Of a stretch of 64,000 nt of DNA, positions 38,440 to 53,508 are shown piece after piece. The notes under the pieces are model-generated. The model was not told where the DNA came from, ran no database searches, and worked only from the letters and a program-made list of their open reading frames with translations. Each line of letters begins with the position of its first letter. Position 1 is the first letter of the stretch. The position numbers and the translations under genes were made by a program. The stretch comes from Octopus vulgaris (Eukaryota). Location of the stretch: assembly GCA_951406725.2 (NCBI GenBank), contig OX597822.1, forward strand, positions 16,058,001 through 16,122,000, written 5' to 3'.

Positions 38440-40310
38440 TTATAACCACCCCGCATTATCTTATGGTTAATACCATATAGATTTCTGGTGCATCTAAGTT
38501 AAATACCGCATTCATGTGAATTCAACGGAACTCACTTGAATCTTAATTGCTTTTACTATATATATATACAATGCATAATTGTGAACGACTCACAATTATA
38601 ACGGACAGAGTTTATAAAGACACTTACATGTCTAGAAATAGCAGTCAAACCCAATATTAACGCTCGTATTTTATCCCCTTAATTATTAAATTTCCTCTTC
38701 TTATAAATGCTGTGCATGTCGTTTGAAATCAGAATTTGAATTGTGTGGAAGAAACGTTGATACATTATTCTTGCCGGTTGGGATATATGTTAAGGTGTAT
38801 TTTTTGTGTTAATCTCTATGTACAGGAATGTTCTCCTGACACGAAGAATAGTTCTATTTTTGGTTCTTAAAATGTCATGTCGCTCGCCGACAGCATTTAT
38901 TGTTGAGGAGATATAATATGAGTGTTTATAGTGGCTTTATTGTGGTTTTGACTGTTATTTCTAGACATTTTGAAGAATTTCAGGAATTATTGATTGAAAA
39001 TATCCCCGACTTTTAAAAATGTTATGCTGAGTTTGATTTAGTCAGCAAACACACTTTGAGGAGTTACCCCGGCATGGCTGCGGTGTAATGATGCAAGCAA
39101 ACATAAAAAAAAACAGAAGCTGAAATACAAATTTTGTATACAAGTGAAGCATTGCCACGGAACGTAAAAGCAACTCTACATTTGAATCCAATGGAAATAT
39201 TAACAGCGAACTCTCACCACTCCTGTATGCATGACGTCAAATGCTGATCATTTATCAACGAAATCTGCCAGCTCAGTGCAATTCACAAAACTTAACAATT
39301 CTCTTCCATTTATTTTTGCAAATATAGAGTTCACACTTCTGTTGCGAAATACGGATACACAAAAGGTTACAATTTTTCGCTCTTCTATTCAAATTGACAG
39401 AACTCACTCTCTGCTTAGAAACTGAAAAAAGGAATGTACGAACAATATGAACAAACCGGAGATTAATCTTGAGAAGGATGAAATAAAAACAAATTTAGAA
39501 ATATCATATCTGCAGCTACTTACGGCGGAAAGCGAATTATAGTGAACATAAAGCAGAACTAGGAAGAAAACCTCTCTAACAAATAAATGAAATATTTACT
39601 ACAAAATATTTTCACGAAGCATAATGAAGAAAAACTATTTTTCTTTACTGACATAGCTGGAAAATATGGCTGCTGAGCTCTGAAACGTCTTAGCAACGAC
39701 TCATGTGCTGGAAAACAGCAGAAAGTAATAACAAATGATATCGCCTACTAAATACATAAAGCAAACTGGCGTAGATTACCTATAGGACCAGGATCTTCAA
39801 ATTTATGTGTAAACACTCGTGGTCTTTATTTAAACAAGCAACCTATAGTAATTCCACAGAATACTCTCCTACAATCAGCAATTTCTGAAGGATTTGATGT
39901 ATCAACAGCCTTTATGCTGTGTCACCAAAGATTATGTATTAAGTGATGACATTATTCAGTATAATAACGTTGAGGCAAGATCATAGGAGGCATCCAGGGT
40001 ACCTATTATGGCCATGGTCACTCAGGATATTCGTACTGTAGCTCCCTCAAAAATGTCGAGGGTTGAGATTGGTATAGAATATCTTAGTCACCGATTTTGA
40101 AATTGATGTTTGAGTTTGGCGCTCTAATTTTGTAATGCTTGCAGGAGACTCTAATTCCGAACATCATAAACGGTTTGATACCTGAACCTCGTATAGTGCT
40201 GCTGCTGTTGTTGTTACAACCGATTCACTGTCTTCGTTTTCAGATTATATTCAGTGGATTAAATTGAGGATATGTTGTTGACTTCGTCCTTGAACGTTTT
40301 ACACTCAGCA

Positions 40311-40845
40311 CTTGAAGCCGTGTCGCTTAGAGGTTAGCTTATTCAACTCGCAAGTTTGATTCCTGGCGGTGCGTTGTATCCTTGAGCAAGACACTTTATT
40401 TCCTATTCTATATTTTTAGGATAAGGAATTATGTACATTATTTACAATTGACTGATAAGTCCATTGTAGCAGAAAAATAACATCATCAACATAGGAATGA
40501 GTACAGTTTACTCCATTCGTCAAATAAAGGGTTTGGTACGAAATTCCATCAGGACAACTGATGAAGTCTGGAGAATACATCAGCCGAAACGTTGTGATAA
40601 CACCATACAACATCCATTGTAAAAAATGTACTTTATTTTTTGTTGCTCCATGTCACTCAGCTGGTACCTGTAATTCAAAGGGGGCCAGAAGTATATCATT
40701 TTGTGTCACACTGAATCTCCTTGAGAACTACGTTAAGAGAACGTGTGTCGCTGGAGTACTCAGCCACTTGTACGTTACTTGTACGAGAAAGATGTTCCTC
40801 TTATCGGGTCAAATGGAACCGACATCGTTGTAACAGACGGAGTGG
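40311..40845 (+). mobile_element. SINE family C split by an insertion
   Basis: Head at 40311-40400 (TTGTATCCTTGAGCAAGACACTTTATTT); remainder at 40630-40845. Confidence 0.8.
40401..40630 (+). mobile_element. Hammerhead-bearing Penelope-like fragment with inverted 5' piece
   Basis: CTGATGA-A-GTCTG..CAGCC-GAAACGTTG at 40558-40594 is homologous to 20673-20709; 40401-40462 is the inverted 3' end of the same family; ACTTTATTT duplicated at the flanks. Confidence 0.75.
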
Positions 40846-42721
40846 TAGACTTTCAGCATGCATTTAGCAGATCTCTAGGTTTTATTTGACAATATCAAAC
40901 CTAAATATTGTAATGTATCGCAAAAGGCCCTGCGAAATCTAATGTCTTAAAACAAGAAATGATAAAAAATATATCATATCTTAAATTGATCGACGACAAC
41001 TACTTTCTTCGAAAGGGTTCGGAAGATCTTTAATCGTTTTGCATGTGCAGAATCATCAAAACTTGTATCTTAGGAAATGTTATTTCTGAAATATGTTAGA
41101 AGAGCCTATGAAAGGAAAAACAATCGCTTCTCTTTGTAAAGAAAAAATAGTATTTTCTCCAAAAACTAAGGTAAAGTATGCAAAGAAGACACAACGCAGT
41201 GAAGTCGGTGATAAAGAGAAAAGGAAATACAGCGTAAAGTAAGCAAAAGTCCTGAAGAGCAATAAGAATGGAAAGAATATAATAACGCTATCTAGCTAGC
41301 TACCTACCTACCTATCTATCCATCTATCTATTTGTCTGTCTGTCTGTCTGTCTAAGCATAACATCTATCTAAAGCAATACGGGTTTACTGTGGTTGAATG
41401 GATTGGTATGGCAGGAACACCTCATAATAGGTTCCATGTTTCAGGAAACTTCCCTTGGCATCGATACAGAGTGCGTGCTACAAAACGAAGTAAATTATGT
41501 TGCAAATATAACGAGGCAGACCCATTAGGTCTCTATGGAAACCCTTACGTTTTCAAGAATATTTGAAACTAACAAAGATCCTCTAGCACTTGACAAGGAC
41601 TTTATTACATCGATCTGCAACGGATGAAAGGCAAATCCAACTCCGTCGAATTTGAACTCCGAACATTAAATGCTGGATTAATTCTCACAAGGCATTTTGT
41701 CCCAGACTCTGCAATTCCGTTGCCGTAGATTTGTCGAATACTAGAAAGATACGATATATATAAGAAATAGTATTCTCCTAATTCCATCACAATGTTAGCA
41801 AATTTAAAGAGAGAAAAGTCGGCACCATCGATTCCAGTAATTCACCGAACCGTTTTCTTATCAACCGCAGAAGAATGCTTTCCAAGTTCACCCCGTTTAA
41901 TTTGAATAAATAATATTAAAAGTGAGAGGAAATATGTAAATCTTCGTGTCCAAGCCTCTACCGATTCTGGCAGCTAACCTCCCTACATAGAACATAACAG
42001 ATGCAACAGTAAATACACACAAATTCTTTGAATACAGTTCCACATATTCAGAGAGACAGAAGGCTAGAACACCAAATGGAAGATGTGCCAATAAACTAGA
42101 AACCAGTCTGTTTAAAGATCGATTTTTTAGTATGCGTATAAAGGTACACATTTGACGAGAGAGAGTCGAACCCTATACCTTTCGTTGGTCTTTTTAAATG
42201 ACTTGCTCTGGAAATTATATAACGTAAAAACAAGCCATTCTTTCGGATTTGAACTCAAACTGTAAAATTACTGCAAAATATTTTGCTCGATAATTTAATA
42301 GCTCTACTATCCACCACTCTGTATCATTTCAAAATTAACGGAGTGAAAAAAGCTGAGTGCTATTACAATCTCACTTTTGACGACTACTCGAATTATAGCG
42401 CTTACTTGTCTTGTACAAGATCTATTCCTGTACGGAAGCGTGAACATCTCAAAATTCCATTTCCTCTTGTGTAAATCTACGATATTCTATCATTATGCAA
42501 GCAATTAAATTTTCTTGACAGAATTTGGAAGCCTACATGCATTGCGTTCACTAAAATGAATTAATATACACAACTACGTTAGAATTGATTATCTCTTATA
42601 TAAAATATATAATACATTATAATAAACTTATAAATAGAACTTAACGAGAATCTGATGTATGGTTGCATTTAAATACTTAAATATTTCTTTAATAACAAGT
42701 CACGTTCGTCAATGCACGTTA

Positions 42722-42792
<71 letters not shown>

Positions 42793-42879
42793 GTATACAT
42801 ATCAACGTTTAAACACTTAGGGACGAAATATATGTGTGTGTATGTGTAGACGCGCGCGCGTGAGGGTTTATGTGTGTTT

Positions 42880-43127
42880 ACATACGTTTATATATATATA
42901 AATATATGTACATAGATGCATATATATTCATACATGTATATACATATATATACATATATATGTACATGTATACATATATATTTACATATATATACATATA
43001 TATATGTACATATATACATACATATATATATATACATATATATTTACATATATATATATACATACATATACATACATACATATTTATATACATATATATG
43101 CGTATATATATTTATATATATATATAT

Positions 43128-43158
<31 letters not shown>

Positions 43159-43171
43159 GTACATATATATG

Positions 43172-43204
<33 letters not shown>

Positions 43205-43206
43205 GC

Positions 43207-43238
<32 letters not shown>

Positions 43239-43240
43239 GC

Positions 43241-43273
<33 letters not shown>

Positions 43274-43346
43274 TATATACATATATGTATATATGTATAT
43301 ATATATATATATATGTGTATATATATACGTATATGTATATATATAT
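42880..43346. repeat. Long degenerate (TA)n/(TACA)n/(TATG)n tract
   Basis: Directly visible; similar tract at 43680-43962. Confidence 0.95.
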
Positions 43347-43723
43347 GCGGGGCGAGTGTTTTGGGAATAATAAAGGGAAACTGAGTAACGTTAACATAAT
43401 ATAGAATTGTATGTGTTTCCATTATGATAAACGAAAACAACTTTAAGTAGGAATATATTAATGCAAATTGTACATTGAATACGAAAATTATAAACAAGCC
43501 TACATATAAATGTAAATTCCGAGTGTAAAAGCAAATTCGTTGTAGTTATTTCTTCAAATTGCTATTAAAGAATTCCTTGATGGATAACCTGTGGGTTATA
43601 AGTTAACCTGATGACTTCGTGCGTTGAATAATGCAAAGGAAATTTTGGTTTATATATTAGACACATGCATGCTTCCTTCGTCATACATGCATACATATGC
43701 ATACATACATATATGTATATAAC

Positions 43724-43773
<50 letters not shown>

Positions 43774-43868
43774 GCAGGCATATATATATAATTCCGCTGC
43801 TTTTAAATAAGGTGTATATATATATATATATATATATATCCATATATATATATACATATATATATATG

Positions 43869-43902
<34 letters not shown>

Positions 43903-44535
43903 TATGTATGTATATATATATATATGTATGTATGTATATATGTATGTATGTATGTATATATATAGGCACATGTACATACTTTTATGCAAAGCGATCGTTG
44001 TCAGTGAAACGCCTATTAATATATTTATATTTGTTTTGTTTTTTTGTTAAACCGCTTCTACCAAATAAAATGGAATGTAAAATAAATTTAGTTTGGACAG
44101 CACATCATTAAAATTTTAATCCTAGAGTGCACTTCTGAAGAAGTAATTCTACAAAGGTTCGTTGCACACTACTTTTTATGTTTGTGATTGCTTATTATGG
44201 CTTTTATTTCCTTTTTGAAATGGCGGACCCGAAGATAGAAACCGATTCGTTAATGAAAATAATCCCCTGATAATTTAGCTTTTAGGAGCATCAATTACGA
44301 AAAAAAAAAAAAGAAATAGTCGAAATAAATTCACTCGAAAATTCTTCTCAGTGTCGTTTCATGAAATATTAAATATACTTCTAGAATATATCAAATATAT
44401 TATCCTGCTACGTGTCAGAGGTTTGCCTAAACTACCATAGAAGCCTAAAACTGTTACGGCGCATGTATCCTCCTCAAAGAGGTTTACACATGGATATGGA
44501 TATGGATATGTATATATATATATAGAGAGAGAGAG

Positions 44536-44621
<86 letters not shown>

Positions 44622-44623
<2 letters not shown>

Positions 44624-44954
44624 TTCGTTTTTTGTTTTGGGTTGGGAGATTCTTTATGTGAGTTCGTGTATTGAAACATATTCTGTTGTGTCTGGGGAGA
44701 GTCATTCTCTTTAGTACTTTCTAATTTAACACATTCACCGGTAAAATTTCCACTTATTCCCATCTTTATGTTACTAAGATTTTCGTTGCGTCTTGCAACC
44801 TTTTCAATAAAGTGAAAAATATTGAAAATGTTGAAAGATGCAACGAAAATTTTAGTAAAATAAAAAAGAAATAAGGAGAAATTTTACCGGTGAGTGTGTT
44901 AAATTATAAGACACCAAAAGAGAATGACTCTCCCCAGAACGAACAGTATATGTT

Positions 44955-44956
<2 letters not shown>
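44622..44956. mobile_element. Divergent inverted repeat with a hammerhead-like motif (U3-A8) in both arms
   Basis: 44675-44808 vs 44820-44956 are inverted; TTGAAAA-G-GTTGC aagac GCAAC-GAAA on the minus strand at 44771-44812, mirrored at 44822-44860. Confidence 0.7.
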
Positions 44957-45030
<74 letters not shown>

Positions 45031-46349
45031 AATATATAAATAAATATATATATTTAAATGTGTTTGACTATGTGTCTGCGTGTTTATAAGCGTGGTGTGC
45101 GTGTTTGTTAGTCTGTGTGTGTGTGTGTATGTGAGTAAATAGATACATAGATAGAATGATTGATGGAGAGAGAGGAGGAGAGATATTTTCAACCATATAT
45201 TTAATAATGATACATAGCATCAATATTTCCACTTTATTTCTTCTGTAGAATCACCATTCCTAACTCTCGCCAATTGTTGTTCAATACAGTTCAGAGATGA
45301 AATCTACATGCTGAAGACATATCCGTTGTTTTCTTCAGGTTGCTTTCGAGTCAAGATCCAAACATAACTGCACTGTTTGGACTGTTCATATATAAAATAC
45401 ATATCCCTACTTCAACAAGTGGGTAATGAGTATATAATGATATCGCAAAACCTATCTAAAATGTTTTTGATTTTTTGCTTAGAAACAACAGCAGATAATG
45501 CTGAAAATACCAACGAATCCACAAATCTCATTCTAGCTTGATGAGGTTAGTAAACGGAGGGAAATCTCGGGATACCTGCTTATAAGGAATTCGTTGATGT
45601 AATGAATGTACAAACATTCTATAATTAAATGTTTTAATTGATCTCTTTTCAATTCCATCGAATGTTGTACAAACGGTATCACCTGTCAGGAGTTTTATCG
45701 ACATTGGAAGCGTGAAAAGCAACCTTGACAATGTGGTGGGATTCGTAATCGCAACAACACATCGCATACAACGTTTCAATGTTTTTCTAACGATTCTGCC
45801 ACCGACCAGCTTGATAAACTTCAACTATATTCTCGAAATGTTGTTCACATTCTGAGGGAGATGTATAAGGATAAAGTTTTATTGATTGATGCAAAGTGTG
45901 AGTTAAAGAATGAAGTGCTTCGAGGTCTTGCAATTAGAATTAGTTAAGCAACAAGGGAACTGTTCTGTATGAGAAGTTAGAGGTTTTCTCATGCCGTAAG
46001 GGGTCCGAGTGAAATTGAAAACGACTAATGGAATGTGAAGCCTATACAGACACTAGAATGCCCGCGGATAAATGTTCACTCTAATATAGTGATGGTAAGA
46101 ATTCCTTTTAAGCTAATTAAATTCCTTTACAGGTATTTTGGATATGTATCACAATCTTCTAAGCCATAATCTTTTTGAAATGCTTCTAAATATGAGGAAC
46201 CTGACATTTATGATATACTGTGATATGTGATAGTATTTTCAAACTGCCCATTCCTAATTCTCTCAACCATGTCGTCGACAAATACCTCTATATTCATAAA
46301 ATACTATGCTTCAGTAGATACAACAAAGAAACATATTGCCTCCTTGAGT

Positions 46350-46418
<69 letters not shown>

Positions 46419-46799
46419 CTGCTCCGATTATTTACAAGTAACCAAATACAATTTACGTTGTGAAGCAAAAGAAGGGTGATTTGCTCGGAAGGAAAAACTT
46501 TGATCTTTCTACCGAATTATTTTAGCCCTAAATTGCTCTGCTCATCTTTGAATGGAATATAAATAAAACAGAAGATCACTAACAGACCTATGTAACGCAT
46601 CCTCTATTAGAACATATTACTTATTTACACTCAGTTTAGTTCTCAATGTTAAAAAACAAACTTCAGAATCATGAAACAGTTTTGTAGAGGAAAGCATAAG
46701 TAATTTTATTATTTTCGCTTCATAGAAGTGATATCACTATCGTAAATATATTTGCATTGAAAAGACTTAGCAAACATCGCCATACGTTTTATGGCTTAG

Positions 46800-49700
46800 T
46801 CTTGTGGGGAAAACGTAAAGAATAATTACAGATGGCTAAACTTTGCAGTTAAAGACTTGGAGAGGAAATTTGTTTGGAGTGAAAAGGCTAAAACAAAGTT
46901 ATGATAACGTGTTATAGATAGACGTGTTTGTCGATTGTTCTTGTTAGAGGTGTTTGTCGATTGTTCTTGGTCGAGGTGGTCTATAAGCTGTTAGATCAGA
47001 GGAATATATAGCCTTGCAATAGCGCTAGAATAGAAATATTAAGTGAATAGTGAATAAATCGATCATTGATTCAGGGGCTCTAATGAGCTAGTAAATTAAT
47101 TTTTATCAATCATTCGTATGTCCCTGTAGATGCAGAGCAAGATGTTTGAGCAAAGACTGCAGTACTATTGACTTGGAAGAAACATTATTTGAAATTTGTA
47201 TATATCAATATTTGATCGAGCTGGCATACTGACCGGAGAAAATATGTTAGTGTTTACAATATGGATTTGCTCTGTTATGTAAGATGACTAGGAAGGATAA
47301 TCCATGCCATGTGACTGACCATTCGGAACGACATTAACAATGTAAAATGCGTGTTGCCTGAGAATGTACAACAGATGTGAAATTATTTTCTGGCTCTGAG
47401 AAGTGATTGTCCCGTTTCTCTGTTGAAAAAGATTGTCTTTTCTTTTCTACATCGGAGAATGTTTTCGAACTTTCTGTTCCTAGAATATGTGCAAGTTGAT
47501 CGCACATGTCCAGGTTGCATGTAGATAATGTCTACATAAGGACTTGTAAGAAGGAGTTCAGTGGTAGGAGCAAGTGAGTCGTTAGTCTACATGGGGAAGA
47601 TATGGCTTAAATAACTGATTCTTGGTGCGCACCAGAGTTCATGGCGTCTAAATCACTGACACTGTGAATTCCCCTTGCAATAGGGGCGTGTGAGAAGAAG
47701 CATATGATTTAAAAGATGATTGGCAAATGAAGCCAACTGACACACGGGATAACAAGGAAATCCTTATGTTATTTCATTTTCTTAAGGAACATTGGATGGT
47801 GATGATAAAATTAGGAGAGCATGTCGCCATTCTACGTCATTCTACGAATACGTTGTTGAAACTGAATATGTGCTGAGGATTTGGGAAAAAGGAATTGTGA
47901 ATGATAGATTCTAACACCATTCAGATGATATTCTACGTCAAAATTCTATATCAATAGCTAGGCGGAGTTCAGAATGTTATTCTTCTTGGGAATGGATCAA
48001 GCGGCTACTTGTTTCCGAAATCCTGAAAGATCTTCATTTAAATAAAGAGTTTGTCCCGAATGGGGGAGTACATATACATTTATGGAGTGGGGTTAGAAGT
48101 GAGAAAAATCAAACACTGCCCTCGATATATGAGTTGCAAGGAAAGGGTCAATCAATATGAATCTCTTTCCCGTGTAATATTATTACCTACAGAACCATCT
48201 TGGTTGGGGAAAGACGAATAAGAAGTGACAAGAGCGACTGTAATTTTGTTGGATGAGAATATTCTTGCTTCTTTGATTTCCAAAACTTTATTTTAATTTT
48301 CGCGTGGTTTATTCGCATCGTCTGTATGAGTGTGATTAACATTCACTCAATTGATAAAAGTCGGTAATTTTCTTTTGTTGATTATATTTTTCATAATTTC
48401 CACTTTTTAAACAGATTCTACGCCTGCAGAGCACGTCGGAGATTGTGAATATATGTTTTCGTTGTGGGACAAATGTAATGGGATGTGTCTAAGAGGATTG
48501 CTTTTGGCTACCTTCTTAAGTTTTTAATATAGCTTTAGAGAGGATTTAATTGCCATATATAGGTAAATCAAAACTGATCGAGCTGTGATCAGGTAGTTGT
48601 CTTGAATTACCTTAAGGTTTGACGGATGTGAATGCTGTGCTGTATGTTAATGTTTATTATCTGTAACTAAGCTGTGATCGGCATTACAGTAGGCAAACAT
48701 GCAATTTGGATTTGGTGAAGGCTAGATTCAGAGAAGCGTAAAAGATATTAGTGCTAGAGCTTCTGGTTGTCAATCTGCAATGTTCATAGTTGACGGCACT
48801 ATTTCTTGCAGGGAGATTAGAATGGCTGAATTTCGGCTTCTGCGCCTGCTGTGGTGAGTGCTAATCATTTGTGAGTATTGAAAAATAAAATCATCAAGAC
48901 GATAATTTCAGAGAAGCTTAAAGCATGTGTCATTCATGAGGAGATTTAGATGACAGTTAAAGAATCGCTGTTGGATGGGGGCGTTCAAAGATTGGTAAAC
49001 TCATCAGAAAGAGCCAAAAATGAAGAAGGGCATTGATCCGTACTCAGCGTAATTATTTCTTGCTAGTACACAGATCACAGAGAGAGAGAGAAACAGAGAG
49101 AGATTAGTTGTATTGGGGAATTGATTATAATTAAACAGGGTGGTTATATTTCAGTTAGAACACATAGTGTGGTTGCTGGGCAATAGGAAGAAGCGAGAGA
49201 TAAAAGATTAGATATTTTTGGCTGCGTGTGGATCAAGATAATTAATAAAATGAGGAATGTGTGGCTTTTAGTGAAACCGTCATAGTGGTAGCGTGTGTGA
49301 AGGAGAGAGAATTATTGTGAAGTGGATCCAGTGTAGTTCACTTTTGATGTAATTTCCTTATTTTATATTTTTTGCTGGGAGTCGGTTATCACTATTGCAA
49401 TTAATTCCACGTGTAGTTATTTAAAGCATTTGTGAATTAATCATTTAATACTCAGCATATCATTGCCTCTGACTTCGTGGCAATGATATACAATTCGGTT
49501 AAGACACTCTGATAAATTCGGTGAAGATGTTGTTAAACGCATAAAGGCGGTGAGCTAGTAGAAACGTTAGCACGCCGCCGAAAGGCTTTGTGGTACTTCG
49601 TCTGCTTTTATGTTCTGAGTTCAAATTTCGCCGAGGTCGACTTTGCCTTTCATCCTTTCGAGGTTGAAAAATTAAGTATCAGTTGCGTACTGGGGTCGAT

Positions 49701-50400
49701 CTAATTGACTGACTCCCTTCCCCAAAATTTCGAGCCTTGTGCCTAGAGTAGAAAAGATTATTAAACGCATAACAGATGGTAAGCAGGCAGAATCGTTAGC
49801 ACGCCGAACGTAATACTTAGCAGCATTTCGTTTGTCTTTACGTACTGGGTTCAAAATCCGCCGAGGTCGACTTGCCTTTAATCCTCTCGGGGGTCGATAA
49901 ATTAAGTGCCAGTACAAAACAAGGTTCGATGTAATCCACTGGCCCCCTCCCTCAAAATATCAGCCCTCGTGCCTTTAGTAGAAAGGATTATTGAACGAAT
50001 AACATTACTGAGGCTATATGAAATGTAGGGCTGTTCTGTGGGTCAGCAGTTCACCTCGTAATCTAGTAGTTCTCAGTTTGATCGGATCTAGTCTTTCTCA
50101 TTCGAAAAATGACCCTTCCTTAATTTTGCTAAAATTGCTTTCAGTATTGGTGTATCGATGCAACTCTGAACTTTGATTACGATCAACAAATTACTTCTTG
50201 ATTAAAGAATCTGATATTATTTGGTATTAAAGTTGGGAAATTGGGGTAATTTTTGCCAATGAAGACACAGTGGCGTCAACAGTTTGTTGTCTGTGTCGCT
50301 GTTGTCTATGTTGATTTTTCACACTTAATTCTTCACACCACGAGATTCTATTCACCCTCGTGTTTTGATTTAATTTTTCTGTGTTAATATATTTCATATT
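46800..50400 (-). mobile_element. Ancient, heavily decayed LINE (CR1/Jockey/I-like RT and EN traces)
   Basis: Minus strand near 47540-47645 gives NSGAHQESV..(L)SHIFPM*TND...YVD, resembling SGVPQGSVLSP.LF..Y.ND...YADD; boundaries uncertain. Confidence 0.4.
49546..49990 (+). mobile_element. Two tandem full SINE family A copies (tail type 2)
   Basis: TTAAACGCATAA-like TSD appears three times (about 49533, 49761, 49990). Confidence 0.88.
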
Positions 50401-51426
50401 TTTCTGTGCTTTTTTCTGAGTGTTAGTATTTTTGCATATTTTATATTTTATATAACTTGGAGCTCGTTGACTCAGATAGCTAGATTTATGATTTCACTAG
50501 GAGAATTCTGTTAATAAAAATTTTAATTAGGAGTATTTCTTAAACCATTAGCTTCACATTTCAACAGGAACCGAAACAGGAACCGAAATGGGTGTCATGG
50601 AACAGAGAAGCTGGGGGTGATACAGATAATTTTAATTGTGCATGCAAAAACATATGGGATACAGGCATTCTTTTCCTTGGGACAAATTCTTTGATGACCA
50701 ATGTTATTCTTATTGTAGCTATGGAGTTTTGGAGACAGACGCCTTCTTTTCACACACACACACACACATACACACACGCACACATGAATGCATAAATGTA
50801 CATATAAACATATATATGGATACATACATCCACATGCACTTATATATTAATGATATACACAAATACGTGACAGGTATACATAATACTGAAATACGCATAA
50901 AATAAACACAAGTAGACAAATATATTAATATAACAAATTTTAAAAAATAATAAAAACATGCAATCAAGGAAGAGACAAAAGAAACAGTAAGATGATACAT
51001 GTGGATTTTATTAGGCATTTCTGTTTATTTAGAAACCTACAATGAACAGGTCAGACGCTAAACTCTAAATTTCACAGGCTACAACTTTAAAGTTGACACC
51101 GCTCCGCTAAACGCAGAAAATTCCTGTCTCACTGTTGGCTAAAAATGTACAGTTTTTTTTCGATTTTAAACCTCTGTAAGTTTTTTTCTCCAATTTGTTT
51201 TTCTCTATAACATCATACCTTCAAAGCAATGTAACTAGAAGTCTACTTTCAGATTTTTTACTGTCTTTAAAAAAATGCATATTTTGCGAATGAAAAAAAC
51301 TAGGTACGTTTGATTTCGTCTATTTCACGTAACACTCAAAGATTGACTAATAACTTATGAGACTAAATTTACAAAAGGACAGTGTGCAGAAGGCCACCAT
51401 GAACATGTGTGTGTATATATACATAT

Positions 51427-51638
51427 ACTAGTATTATAACCCGATTTCATTCGGGCTACGTTTTAAAGATGAGGAATTTTGCCCCAGAGGCCACGCCTTT
51501 CAGTTGAGCTAACTCAAAGTTGCCCTGCAAACTTCCCACTTTAAACATAGGTGTGCAAATTTTCAGGTCAATCCGACCACATTTACCAACACTTTTGCCT
51601 GCACAATTTCTTGTGAGACAACGTCCACCCTCTTCACA

Positions 51639-51645
<7 letters not shown>
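51427..51645 (-). mobile_element. Probable non-autonomous Helitron (3' end)
   Basis: Minus strand has a hairpin AGCCCGA-atgaaa-TCGGGTT about 6 nt before a terminal CTAG followed by T. Confidence 0.5.
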
Positions 51646-51737
<92 letters not shown>

Positions 51738-52699
51738 TATGAATGTATATATATGCGTATATATACATACATATCTACATACAGGGAGAGAGGGAGAGAG
51801 AGTGATGGAGACAGGGAGGGTGGGAGATGCGATTGCTGTACACCGATAGGATATTTAGTGTGGTAATGAACCAAACAAGTCATTTGTATGCCATCTCTTG
51901 TTGTTATATAAAACCCGTACCCCGTTGTGTATTATATGTCAATGCATCTCATGACCCTCTTTCTTTTGTCATCCGCCGAGTACATGCAATGCAAAGCTTC
52001 TATGCAATCTCCAGACGTCGCCCACTGCTCATCGTGGCAGTTGTATAAAGTTGTCAAATAGATGTGAAATCTATCTCACATTTCTCTCGTCTCTCACGTA
52101 ACAGTACTTGACTCACAACGATAAGCGCTAAACATTACATTTCTGCATCAGATAACGTATTACTGTCTGAAGATCGATCTTCCGAAAATGATATGATTTT
52201 GCCATGATATGTAATATTCCACATTAGTACCTGTTCAGAGCAACTTTCGCTTCCATTTAAATGTTAACGACCTCATTTTTGTTCTGTATTCTTATTTCTT
52301 TCCCCAAAGCTAAAAGAACGCATTTCAGCCATTTAAATGCGATTACAGCAATGCACTGCAGCCAAATACATAAAGTGGTCTTTTATATTGCAATAGGATA
52401 GATTAATACGACTTATAGTCATCATCTCTCTTTTTCAGCAGTTAAAAACAGGGCTAAATTCACTTCCGGCTCCTATTAAATTAATCATTAATGGTTTCAT
52501 TTCTTCTCTTATTCTTGAAATCGTCTGCAAGTCGTAAGAATGGATGTGTGAAAATGGGATCGGGTGTGAGGAGAATGTACACTGTATTTAGAAAGATATA
52601 GAAGATTCTCTACAAAAATCAACGCAAGACTACAGAGCTGAGTTAAAAGCAAAATACATATTGGTCGCATATTCTTGCAACACGGACGAGGTACCATAA

Positions 52700-53340
52700 G
52701 ACTGAGTTGATGTTATTTTGGTATTCCTTCATTTTCAAATATAATGCCAAGGAACGATGAGATAAGTTCAGGGGCATGTCCTTGTCTGTTGTGGGTAGGG
52801 TTCTAGAACGTGTCCTTTTGAACGGTTTAATAAGTTCATAGCTTCAAGAATTTTATCAGTCACAATGTAGATTTTCTGCAGAAAGAGTCACTAAAAATAT
52901 GATCTTCAAAATCGGACAGCTGCAGGAAAAATGAATCGAACAGAACCCTGGGATGGTCCGAAAACTTTTGAACAAATCAGGCTAATATAGATAAAGGTTA
53001 AGAGGAAAATAAGAAAAACACAGTCAGTAAGAGAAAATGGACCTAGTAGAACATTTTCTACTTGTACAATTTGGGGCAAATTCTGCTTGTCTAAGGCTGG
53101 ACTTAAATCTCACACAAGAGCTTACAATAGGACACTTTCTACTGATTATGTAACATACCAATCATTTCGCCCTGTGCCAACCTCAACAAAGTATGAAGGA
53201 ACATTCTAAGGTCCAAGATCCTACACCAGAGACAATTCAAGCCGCACAAAAACTAACGTACTATTTATGTAGACATATTTTTAAAAGTATATCTAGACTA
53301 AAAATGCATTAGATCTACTCCTACAACAGAGGTCGTCAAG
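52700..53340 (+). mobile_element. RTE-clade LINE remnant with a large internal deletion
   Basis: FRGMSLSVVGRVLERVLLN..SQCRFSAERVTKNMIF jumps to the C-terminal CTIWGKFCLSKAGLKSHTR zinc-finger-like motif. Confidence 0.75.
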
Positions 53341-53399
53341 CTTTGTTTTGGGCAACTTACCATCAGATGAACGCGTGTGTGTTGCATATATATCATTAT

Positions 53400-53508
<109 letters not shown>

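Noticed and set aside
39700-39850. KYIKQTG as a decayed GIY-YIG (Penelope) endonuclease
   Set aside because: A single short motif with no supporting frame; needs a translated HMM search
42870-44111. Long YI/HT/CV/LSIY-repeat ORFs here and throughout the window
   Set aside because: They are translations of stop-free microsatellites, not genes
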